This document shows positions 30,139 to 40,802 of a stretch of 41,278 nt of DNA, piece after piece. The notes below the pieces were generated by a model. That model was given only the letters and a program-made list of their open reading frames with translations, was not told where the DNA came from and ran no database searches. The translations under genes and the position numbers were made by a program. Numbering within the stretch: position 1 is the stretch's first letter; the number at the start of each line of letters is the position of its first letter. The stretch lies in NCBI GenBank assembly GCA_943704415.1, contig CALSCO010000776.1:1-41278 (forward strand). Reading direction: 5' to 3'. Source of the stretch: Parvularia atlantis (taxonomy: Eukaryota).

Positions 30139-33100
30139 TCACTGCTGGGCGCAGTCGCCGGGCGCGTCGTCGCCGTCGCGCGCGCCGGGGGCGGCCGCGG
30201 GGCCGCCTGGGACGTGGCCGGCGAGCGCACGCTGCATGCGCCGCGATGAGGAGGTGCTCGGGACGGCCGCGGCTGGGGCGGCGTAGTGCGTGAGCGGCTT
30301 GATCGGGCGCGGCGCGACCGCGGCGGCCGGCGTATTCTCCTTGTCGGCCTCGACTGGTGCGGGTGCGGGCGCAGGTGCGGATGCTGTGGGCATCTGCAGT
30401 GCGCGCAGTTGCAGCTGCAGCTCGTAGTTGGTCTGCTGCACCGCGCGCAGGTGCTCGTGCGACGCCTCGAGTTCGCCCACGCGTTTCTGCAGCTGGTCGC
30501 GCCGCGCCACGGTCGCCGCGAGCTCGACCTGGAGCGCGTGCATCTGCGTTGCAAGCGCCGTCAGCACTCATCGCGATAATGCGCCACGGCACACACCGTC
30601 TGCGCGTCCCTGGCGGCCTGCGCGTACTTGAGCTGCAGATCTGCGCGCAAGCTGTGAGACCAGCGCGTGGCGAGATCGCGACGGCACGCACCATGCAGCT
30701 GCACCGAGAGCTCTGACGGGGCGTCACACGCAGTTAGGCACACGCGGGACACGCGCGTCGGCGCACCGGCGATGCGTGCGTTGAGCTGAACGCGGTCGTG
30801 CTCGAGGCCACTGGCGGCCTGCAGCTGTCGCAGACGGAGCTCGTCCAGCTCGCGCTTGGCGGCCGTCTGCTCGGCCTCGTGCGCCCTGTGCAGCTGTGAC
30901 AGCTCGTCGCGCTGCTGCGCCGCCATCGCGACGATCTCTGCAGCGTGCGCGACCGTCAGCAGCAGCGTAGCGAGACGCCTCCGCGCGCGCACCGGCTTCA
31001 ACCAGGCGCGCCTGCTCCGCTAGCTGCTGCGCCAGGTCGTCGTTCAGGCGCTTGCCGGCGAGGCGCTGCTGCTCGCTGTGGGCGAGGGCGATCTGCAGCT
31101 CGCTCACTCTGTCCTGCGAATACTGTGCGGCCTGCTCGCGCGCGGCGCAGGTGGTTTGCAGCTCGTGGACCTTGTCCTGCGCATGCTGTGCGGCCAGTTC
31201 ACGCGCTACGAGCTCGTTGTGGAGCCGGTCGATCGTTGCCGAGAGCGTGCTCTTGTGCGCGAGCGCGTCGATCAGCTGCTGCTCGGTCGTCGTGCGCTCT
31301 GCGGCGGCGCTGACGAGCTCCCGTTCGAGCGCCGAGCACTGCGCGACCGCAGCGTCCAGCTGCGTGGCGGTGCTGGTCAGGTGCTGCTCGAGCGTCGTGC
31401 GCTGAGCGATGGCTATGGCGAGCTGCTGCTCCTGTTGCGCCACGGCGGTCGCCAGCTGCTGGTTGTACTGGGCGGCTGTGCTGGCCAGTTGCTGCTCGAG
31501 CGTCGTGATCGTGGTCGCGGCCGCGGTCAGCTCTTGCGCAAGCGCATTCTTGGCGTTGGCAGACTGCGTGAGCTGCTGATAAAGTGCACTCTTGTCCTCG
31601 ATGGCCGTGGTCAGCTGCTTGGCGATCGTGCACTTCGCCTCGATGGTCTCGGCCAGATGAAGCTTGAGCTTGTCCTTGTCCTCGATCGCTTCCGCAAGCT
31701 GCTGTGCGAGCGCGTCATTCGCGTTGACAGTCTCGGCGAGTTGCTTCGCGAGCGCGTCCTTCGCCTCCGCGAGGTCGTTTGCGACCGCGTCATTACCCTC
31801 GAGCGCCTCGACCAGCCGCGCCTCCGCCGCGTCCTTGCCCTGCAGCGCCTCGACCAGCCGCCCCTCCATCTCAGTCTTGCCATGAAGCGCCTCAGCCAGT
31901 CGCGCTTCCATCGCTGCCCTGCCGTCCAGTGCCTCGACCAGCCGCGTTTCCATCACAGCCATGCCCCGCAGCGCCTCAACCAGCCGCCCCTCCGTCTCAG
32001 TCTTGCCGTAAAGCGCTTCGGCCAGACGAGCTTCCGTCTCCGCCTTGCCCTGGAGCGCCTCGGCAAGCTGCAGCTCAACCGCTTCACGCGCTTGTGCCTC
32101 GCGCCGCTCGAGCTCGTTGTGCACCTGGTGCAGCTCGTCGTATTGGCTCTGCAGGAACTCAACCTCCTGCTGCGCGGCCTCGGTCTGCGCACACAGTAAG
32201 TCGTGCGCATCGCTTGCACGACAGTGGCCGCACCGCCGCGCTCCTGGCCGCCATGACACGCTGCAGCATCTGCACCTCGCCGTCGCGCTCTGCGGCGTGG
32301 CGTGAGTGTCAGCAGCACGGCTCAACGTCTCAGACGTCTGCGCGCACCCGACAGCGCCGTTTGCAGCAGATCGCGCTCGCTAGCCACGGCAGCACACTCA
32401 GCCTCGAGTGCCTTTGCCTGCGTGCAGTCGTTGAGCTCTGTGCGATTACATGTGTCGCTTGCACGCACCTGCGCCAGCATGAACGCAACAAGCTCGGTGT
32501 GCTGTTCTTGCTGATGCTCAACTGCCTCGGCCATGCGCGCCATCTCACGCTGCAGCTCGGCGTGCTGCTGCCTCTGCAGCTCGATCTCCCGTCGCAGCTC
32601 GTCGACCTCGTGCGCCCGCTCCTGCTCGAGTTGTTGCAGCTGCTCGTCTGCGCTCTGCTTGCTCTACTCGACACATGTCAGCCGTCACACGTTAACGAGT
32701 GCAGTAGATGCGACGGCGCACCCAGTCGTCGACGTCGAACGGCTCGCGCGCGGGCTCGAGCGACAGGCGACGCGGCGATATCGCGCCGTCACTGCGCGGC
32801 GTGGCCGAGTACACGGACGAGGTCGACGAGACAGGCGACTCTGCCGCGTGCATGCCCGTCAGCAGGCGCACAGACGGCCAAGCGCAGCAGCGCACCGGGC
32901 GCCTTTGGCTTGGCAGCAGCGGCGATGTCACCCGCAGCACGCTCCTCGACCGTGTCGTCCTCCTGCGTGCGGTGTGATCAGCGGGCGGGCAAGACCGGCT
33001 GGGCGCACCAGCAGCTTGGCACCACGCATGCCCGGGAACCACGTCTGGCGCCGCTTGCTGGCCCCCTTCTGCTGCCACGTGTGAGCACCATGCGACAGCC

Positions 33101-34533
33101 TGCCACGAGCGTGCCTTGGTCATCATGCGCCCTGTCGCAGCGGCATCGTCGCCGCCGTCGGCGCCGTCGTTCGAGTTGAGGATTAGCTTGGCCAGCTTCT
33201 GCATCTTCTCGAGCAGGACGGCCTTTGTCACGCACGCGCGTCAGGCCTACCCGCAGGCGCTGCGTGCACGACACACCTGCTGCCGGTCCTTCTCCTGCAG
33301 CTGCCGGATGATGAGCAGGTTCTGCTGCTCGATCTGCGCGGTGCGGCGCACGGTCAGCTGGCGGTCTGCAGCGGAGGCGCCGCCCGCACCATCTGCTTCT
33401 GTGTCTCAAGTTGCACCAGCTCCTCGGCCCGCTGCTGATGCTGCTTGCCGCCGGCCGTCTGCTCGCCCGCCTCGATTTGCGTGAGCTGCTTGCGCAGGTT
33501 CGTGATCTCGTTCTGGTACTTTTTCAGCAGCGCCTCCTCGGATAGGACCTGCGTGCGCATGAGTACGGTTGAAAGGGGGCACGATCGACACGCAAGTCGA
33601 GGCGCACCTCGTTCACGTGCGGCTTGTTCTTGATCTCCTTGGCGCGCGAGGCAAACTTGAGCGTGCTGTGCGTCTCGTCGACGTGGCCGCTGGCGGGCGT
33701 GATAGTGCCGATGATGGCTGTGCGGGCGTTGCCACCGAGCGACGTCTGGAGGATGCGTGTGAGCTTCGAGTCGCGGAAGGGCACGTGGCCGCTACGGCGC
33801 GTGGCTGAGCCGATAGGCGTGCGGCACAGGCGCGGCCATACCGGTCGTTGCCCTCGGACAGCTTGCCGATGACCGTCGCGAGCGTGAGCAGGCTCTTGTT
33901 GATGTGCCCGCCCTCCTTCAGCCGCAGGCCCTCGGCGCCCGTGTGCCGCGCGCGCTCCGAGCCCGCCAGGTCGACGAGATTCTGCGCAGCGTCAGCAAAA
34001 GGGCGAGCAACACGCATCGCGCCGCGCACCAGCGTCGCGACGCGCACGGCTCCATCAGAGGAGGCCGCGGCGAGGGCGCGGTGGTGCGCGGGCCCGCTTG
34101 AGCCACTCGCCGCGGCCGCCTTGAGTGACGCGCCGGACGCGCCGCGCTCGCGGCTCTCGATGATCATGCGGAAGATGGTGTGCGAGCGCGAGCTGCGGTC
34201 GTTCATGTTGGTGACGCCGAAGCGGCGGTGCTCTGCGCCGCGCGCGCGGTGTTGAGGTGCGCGCAGCCCCGGAGGGCGGGCGCGCACCCTCGCCCGAGGC
34301 CATCAGGTGCAGCACGTCGTCCTCGCGCAGGACGATCTCCTCGGTCAGGTTGCCGACAAAGACCTCGCGCGTGACGGTCTCGTGGATCTTGAGGTTGTCG
34401 TTGGCGGGCTGGAGCAGGTCGCGGATGGCCTCGTTGTAGATCTCCATGTAGGCCACGCGCAGGAGGAACTCGCGGTCGGGCGTCTGCATTGACGGTGACC
34501 GTCGCACGCGTGAGACCGAGCGAGCGGGTGCGG

Positions 34534-34611
<78 letters not shown>

Positions 34612-35093
34612 ACGCACGTTGCGGACGTAGTTGAAGACCTCGCGCACGGCGAGCGGGATCACGCCCGGGTCGCCAGCCGAGCCGAGCATCGTGTGCGTCT
34701 TGCCGGACGAGGTCTGGCCGTAGGTGAAGATGGTGCCTGTGGAACGCGTGCGTCAGACCGGTAGAGTGCGAAGGAGGAGGGCGCGGTGTGCCGTTGACGC
34801 CCTCGAGCGTGGCGCGGATGATCTCGCGCGCGACGTCGTTGAACACCTCGACGTTGCTGCACTCGGGCGCGTAAACGCGGTCTGCGCCCAGCTGTCAGCA
34901 CAGCGCGAGCACGGTGCTGCTACTGCACACCAAAGGCGTACGACGGCAGGCCGTGGCCCGGGCGCCCGTTGGCCGCGCACTGCACGACCGTCTTGCCGTC
35001 GCCGGCCACGGCGAAGGCGCTGTAGTGCTCAAGCGCCGTCTCGCGCCCATTGAGCGGCCGAAGGCGCACGACCACGCGCACGTTCGACTCCAT
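30139..35093 (-). CDS. CENPE: Kinesin-7 / CENP-E-like motor with long coiled-coil tail
   Basis: [130 protein letters not shown]. Coiled-coil tail ending CAQQ*. Confidence 0.9.
31790..32080 (-). repeat. 42-bp / 14-aa coding tandem repeat in the kinesin coiled coil
   Basis: [14 protein letters not shown] / [14 protein letters not shown] / [14 protein letters not shown] / [14 protein letters not shown] / [14 protein letters not shown] / [14 protein letters not shown]. Confidence 0.85.
34538..34607. repeat. (AG)n/(CT)n microsatellite, ~35 units, inside a kinesin intron
   Basis: Perfect GA dinucleotide run, visible directly. Confidence 0.95.
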
Positions 35094-35107
35094 CCCTTGG
35101 TGCGGCT

Positions 35108-35158
35108 GCGCTGAAGCTGCACGTCGGCGCTGAAGCTGCACGTCGGCGCTGAAGCTGC
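35108..35158. repeat. 19-bp tandem repeat, ~2.7 copies (GCGCTGAAGCTGCACGTCG)
   Basis: Identical units at 35108-35126 and 35127-35145, partial unit at 35146-35158, lying between the CHO2 stop and the kinesin start. Confidence 0.9.
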
Positions 35159-35208
35159 TCGTCCAGCACCAAATCAGTAACGGTCGCTGTCACACAACGC
35201 GGCCATGA

Positions 35209-38200
35209 TCAGTCGTTCTTGGCTGCGGCGTGCAGCAGCTCGGCGTCGTGTCCGCCGCTGCTCGTGCTGGACGACTCCGAGTCGTTGCGCGCGCGGGGGC
35301 GCCGCAGCCGCTGGTACGTCGCCATCAGCTCCTCGGGCCTGCAAGGATCGCGCCCGTGAGCGCTGAGGTGCGTGCCAGCGAGAACTTAACGCACTCGTCG
35401 TCGTCGCTCGAGCGCGCGCCCGACCCGTCCGCGGCCAGCAGCAGCCGCGCCTCGTGCAGCTTGCAGGCGAGCAGCGTCGCGGTCGGGTAGCTCTCGAGGA
35501 TGCGCGTGTGGAACTCGACGGCGTGCACGGCGCGGATGAACCGCACGACGGCCTGTGCGCGCCACCGCCGCTGCTCGCGCGAGAGGTGCAGCGTCAGGTC
35601 GGCGAAGGGCGTGGCGGCGAGCTCGGCCTGGTCCGTGGGCGCGTCGGCGAAGAGCGTGCGGAAGAGCGTGACGAGCTGGGCCTGCAACTGGTCGACAGTC
35701 ACGCGCTCGCCTAACCCGGTCGTGAAGTCTGTGCCGACTGATCGCTGCGTCAACGAGCGCGCGCGCACACGGGGCTTCATGCGCGACGCACGTGCGATGG
35801 TAAACGGCTGGCTGCGCGCGAGCACGCCGTGGTGGTTGTCGTAGTGCAACCGCGCCTCGAACGTGCCCGGCACCACCTGGCGCGCGGTCAACAACGTGAG
35901 CGCGTCTCGCGGGGCGCTGCGCGCACCGGCAGCTGTGCGCCCTTGAGCGTGACCGTGCCGGCCGTGCCGCCCTTGCCGAGGTACACCCAGCGGCCCTCGG
36001 AGGACGTCGTCGTGAGCGCGAGCGCGCCGCGGTCGTGCTCGTGCCCTTGGTGCACCGGGTAGATGCCGATCCAGTCGAGGTCCGAGTGGTTGGCGGGCGC
36101 GGTCCAGTGCAGCTCGACGGGCACACAGAGGTCGTGCGTGTCGCCGCCGACCACGGCAATCATGTACTGCGACGCGTCGACGTCGTCCGGGAGCGGCACC
36201 GAGCGGCGTGTGATGTCGGACAGGTCGTGCACGAGGTCGCGCAGGCGCGGCTTGGCCATGTCGACGAGCTGCTCAATCGGCTCGGTGACCTCGCGCAGGG
36301 CCTTGGCGTTGATGTCGCCAATGAGCCTGGTGCCGCTGCGCGTGAACTGCACCACGCCCTTGACGAGCTCGGGCGGCGGCTTGACGGTCTCGAGCAGGCC
36401 CTCCTCAAAGCCGGCGCGCTGACGGACCTCGCCGCCGTAGATCTTCTTCATGTGCGGTTGCTGCGGTCGCGTAAGCGACAGGATTGCGCGCAAGTGCGAG
36501 TGTGCACCTCGACGTAGTGGATGAAGAAAAAAGTCGCGCACTGCGAGAAGAGCGCGAGCGCATACACCTAGTCCGGCGCGGTGAGCGTGAGCGTGCAGCA
36601 GCGCGGGGTTGGTGCGCACCAGGAAACTGTCGGAGAGCACGGCCAGCGCCCAGAACGCCGCGTGGCAGAGCACCTTCTCGGGGTTGTTGACAAACCTGGG
36701 CGTGTGCGCACGCGGCGTCGGCACACAACCACGAGCAAGCGCAGCCGCACACCGGTAGATGCCCGAGTACGACAGCGAGTGCTTGCCCGGGCGCGGCAGG
36801 AAAAAGTCGCCGTAGAACCAGCCGTAGTCGCGGATGACCTCGTACACCTCGGACGCAGCCCACACGTGCAGGGCCATCAGCAGCAGCGCGAGGGTATGCT
36901 TGAGCAGGCCGCTGCCAGAGAGCCAGCTGTCGGGCAGGTGGTAGAACGACATGGTGCAGAAGAAGAAGCTGACGTGGGTCATGCTGAGTGAGAGGTTGTA
37001 CAAGCTCTTCCAGTTGGCAAAGGCGTCGTTGAGCGAGTAGCCAAACTTGACAAAGTGCGCCGTCCAAAACTTGGTCTCGGACTGCTTGCGCAGGAGCAGC
37101 CCGAGGCCTACCGAGTGCGCGAGGCGCCAGAAGATGCAGTGCCTGTGTGCACCACAGCCGGGTGAGCGAGCGCGGCGTGCCACAGTGCGCGAGTCACGCA
37201 CAGGACGTGGAACCACGCGGGCGCGCCGAACGCAAACATGAGCACGTTGTAGCCGACGATGGCTGCCGTGAGCATGTCGGCCGCGCGGAACGCGTCAAAG
37301 TTGCGCCAGCCGATCAGGTCGCGGCGGAAGTATGCCGAGGGCCCTGGCGTGCGCAGGGGAAGGAGAAGAGGGTGAGTGAGTGCTCGAGTGGGTGATGACT
37401 GTGCGAGCATGGCAGCAACAGCGCGCAGCGCGCCAGCCTCAAACGCGCGCCAGCCCTAACAGCGCACCAGCCCCAAACGCGCACAAGCCCCAATCGTGGC
37501 CCGAACATGCCTTCGTAGAGAAGCTCGCGACGGCGGCGCTCGGCGGGAGGTTGAGGGACGAGCGCCTTGTAGACCTTGTCGATGTGCGGGTTCTCGACCA
37601 GGGCGAGGAAGAGAAACTGGCACAGGTGCGCGCCCAGGCTCAGGTAGAGGACGATGTACGAGCGCGAGATGAGGCTCATGCCGTAGTAGCCGATGTACCT
37701 GCCGCACTGCGTCAGCACGCCAAGCGCGCGCCGAGAGCTGTGACGCACCCAATCGAGTACATAGGGTGCGGCGCAATCTTGAACACGCCGTCAAACGACA
37801 GCGTGCCGTCGAGCAGAAAGAAAAAGTCGCCCCAGTACCTGCGCGGGCGGCGAGTGTCAGCGCCTCGCGCGATCCACAGGGCGCTGCGCACCAGGCATAG
37901 TCCTTGACGACGCGCAGCGCGTCCAGCTTGATGAACCAGTTAAAGACACACAGTAGCACGCCCACGACGTAGCACGCCACGTCGAGCATCGCGAGGCTCT
38001 TGGGCAACTGGCGCAGGCGCCTTGAGCGAGTGCACGCCAGCGCACATGCGCGCGCACCTCGAGGAACGCAAAGACCATGATCATGTACGCCGTGAAGTCG
38101 TTGAGCAGGATCACGTCGACCACACCGCGGAAGACCAGCCAGCAGTTGTACTCCATCGGCACGGTCTGTGCGCGCGTGCTGAGCGCGGACATCGCCATCA

Positions 38201-38739
38201 GCAGGAAGCGCACGTCAAAATCGTAGTCGCGGCCCATCTTGAGCGTGAGCTGCCGGCGGAAGAACGGCATCGTGGGCGAGTCGGGCGCGAGCAGCTTGGA
38301 CGTGAAGCTGCGTGGCGAGAGGCATGAGCGCGCCGCGTGTGGCTCGTGTGCACGCACCGCACAAAGAGCCGGCTGTGCGATTGCGTGTGCAGCAGGTACC
38401 CGATCCCGCCGTTGTACGACAGCCGCCAGGCGACGAAGGCCGCGGCAAAGTACCAGCGCGACCCGACGCTGTACCACACGTGCAGCGCGTAGACGAGCAG
38501 CTGGCGCGCAGCGCGACGCGTCAAGCAACGGCGGGATCACACGTGGCGCACAGCACCTGCAGCCCAATCAGCGCCAGCGTCAGCTTCTCGAACACGTTGT
38601 GGCGCTTCTGCTGCAGGTTCTCGAGAAAGTCGCGCGTCTCGGGCACGGCGAAGGCTGTCCCGTCGCCCGTGCGCCCACGCTTGCCGCCGGCCGTGGCAGT
38701 TGCCGACGGAACGTGCTGCGCGGTCAGCGGTGGCGACAT
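35209..38739 (-). CDS. CHO2: Phosphatidylethanolamine N-methyltransferase, fungal Cho2/Pem1 type (duplicated PEMT domains)
   Basis: [101 protein letters not shown]; second repeat YGWFYGDFF...YSGIYR|FVNNPE; C-terminal HWTAP...DWIGIY. Confidence 0.93.
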
Positions 38740-38913
38740 GTCTTCTTTGCTGCGCGCGTCCGTGCGGCGTGCGCGTGAGTGCAGAGCGGTGTGTGCGGTG
38801 TGTGCGGCGTGTGGAGTGCGAGCGCGCGCAGGCGAGGCGCGGGGCCGAGAGCGCGACGACGCAGCGCACGCGTCGATGCGTCACGCAAGTGATTGCAATC
38901 TAATCGCGCTCGA

Positions 38914-40087
38914 ATGTCGACCGAGTGGCCGCCTGCTGCTCAGGCCGACGTCGTGCGGGCGGCGCAGCGCGACGCGGGCCTGGTGGCGGCGCTGCGGGCG
39001 AGCGTGCAAGAGTGCGCGGCACAGTTGCTCGGTGCGAATCGCGATGGCAGCGTGCAGCGGCGGCGTCTGAGCGAAGATTGCGCAGGCCAGCGCCGCGTGC
39101 AGCGATACGACGCGCAGCTCGCGCTCGCTGCCAGCGCGCTCTACTACGGCCTGACGACCGTGGCGGGTGCGCAGCGCGGCGCATGCGTTGCATTGGCCGA
39201 TCACGCGGTCGCAGGCCTGCAGACGCTCGGCGAGGAGTACTGCGACATCCGGCAGGTCGAGGCGGCGACGGGCAGCACGCCTGGGTGGCTCGTGCGTCTG
39301 CGCATGCACCCCTCGGTCAACCGCCTGACGCACCGTCGCAGCGGCGCGTGCTGCTCGTCCTCGCTACCGCCGCCGTGCCGTACGCCATCCGTGCCGGCGC
39401 AGGTGTGCACGGAAAAGCGCAACGCTGCGTCTCATGCCTGCCTCGCGCAGAGGCCGGCAACGCGTCGCTGCGCACGGTTGCCAACGTGTACACGCAGTGG
39501 GTCCAGCCGGCGCACCTCGCCCTGTTTTACTTTTTCGGCATGTACTACCATGTGGCGAAGCGCATCACCGGCATCCGCTACGTGCGCCGCAGCACGCGCG
39601 CCCCGCGATCGCTCACCCGCAGCGCCGCAGATCTTTGGGCGCCAGCTGCGCGAGGGCGAGCACAAGCACGGATACCAGCTCCTCGGCGTCCTCCTCGCCA
39701 TCCAGCTCGCCGTCCAGGCGGTCCAGCTGCTCCGCGCCCCTGCCGAGCACAGCAGCAACGACGCCGCGCCAGACGCCGCGCCCGCAGATGACGGCGTGGC
39801 CGACGGTGCGCGCCTGCCTTTGCGCACCCGCACCTACCTGAGCACGCTCGGCCGCTCGCAGCCAACAGCCCCACTTGCATGCTCTGCTTCTCGCCAAGCG
39901 TCCACCCGACGTCGACGCGCTGCGGGCACATCTTCTGCTGGTCGTGCGTATGCCGGTGGACGACCGAGAAGGTGCGCGCGGCTCGCACGCCTAACCCGCA
40001 CTTCACGCGGGCGCCTCCCAGCCCGAGTGCCCCTTTTGCCGCCGGCCCGTCGCCCTCAGCCACCTTGTGCCGCTGTACCATATCTAA
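38914..40087 (+). CDS. PEX10: Peroxisome biogenesis factor 10 (Pex2/12 N-terminal domain plus RING)
   Basis: PAAQADVVRAAQRD; LYYGLTT...GLQTLGEEYCDI; HLALFYFFGMYYHVAKRITGIRY; YQLLGVLL; RING CMLC...TRCGHIFCWSCVCRW...|PECPFCR. TAA at 40085-40087. Confidence 0.93.
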
Positions 40088-40268
40088 AGACCGGAAGGCA
40101 ATGGAGAGGGCGGCTGGCCGAGCGACCCTGGCGGCTCACAACGCACCCACGAACGGCATGCACGGGCGCACGCTCAACATCAGCGGCAAGACGCGACGGA
40201 AGTGAGGTGCAACCCGCCGTTCGGCACATATTGTACAGACGAGCGCTCATTTACAACGCGAAAGACGA

Positions 40269-40340
40269 TCCTCGATAGTATAGTGGTTAGTATCTCCGCC
40301 TGTCACGCGGAAGGCCCGGGTTCAATTCCCGGTCGGGGAG
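40269..40340 (+). tRNA. tRNA-Asp (anticodon GTC), intronless
   Basis: TCCTCGATAGTATAGTGGTTAGTATCTCCGCCTGTCACGCGGAAGGCCCGGGTTCAATTCCCGGTCGGGGAG. 72 nt with acceptor stem TCCTCGA/TCGGGGA, anticodon arm CCGC-CTGTCAC-GCGG and T-loop GGTTCAATTCC. Confidence 0.96.
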
Positions 40341-40352
40341 TGCGCCGATCAC

Positions 40353-40358
40353 TTTTTT
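40353..40358 (+). terminator. RNA polymerase III terminator (T6) for tRNA-Asp
   Basis: Run of six T 12 nt downstream of the tRNA 3' end. Longer T runs follow at ~40386-40411. Confidence 0.7.
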
Positions 40359-40802
40359 CGTCCTGCGCACAATTTTCCGCGGTTATTTTTTTTTTTATTT
40401 TTTTTTTTTTTGGGTGTGGCTCGATGTGTCTCGGCGTCACACGACGGCAGCCACGGCAGCCACGGCGTCCGGACAGAGATGCCGCTCCCGTGCCGTCTGT
40501 GAACTGAACGTCCAAGTGATGCCGTTAGTTGCACGAGTTCTGCCAACCACACTGGGGCCCGTGCGGCAGCCAGAGAGCAGACCCTCCCAGCACCGCGATC
40601 AGCGGTACCGTCACAGAGCGCAATCGAGCGTCAGAGAGGCGGCTGACGGCACCACGTCCACGCGCTCACGGCTCGGCGGACTCTGCACGCGCCGCACGTT
40701 GACGCACACGGGCGCACGCAGCCTCGCGGCGTCTGGGCCGCGCGCTTGTGGCCGCTGCATGAAAGCTTTGTGACAGCGCGCGCACATTGCGATCAGCCAA
40801 TC

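Noticed and set aside
35108..35158. Short repeats (also 27339-27405) as CRISPR-like arrays
   Set aside because: Head-to-tail tandem units without unique spacers, no cas genes, and a eukaryotic context.
38893..40278. 461-aa ORF over PEX10
   Set aside because: Mixes true exons with introns and off-frame exons. The spliced model ending at 40087 restores the conserved PEX10 motifs.
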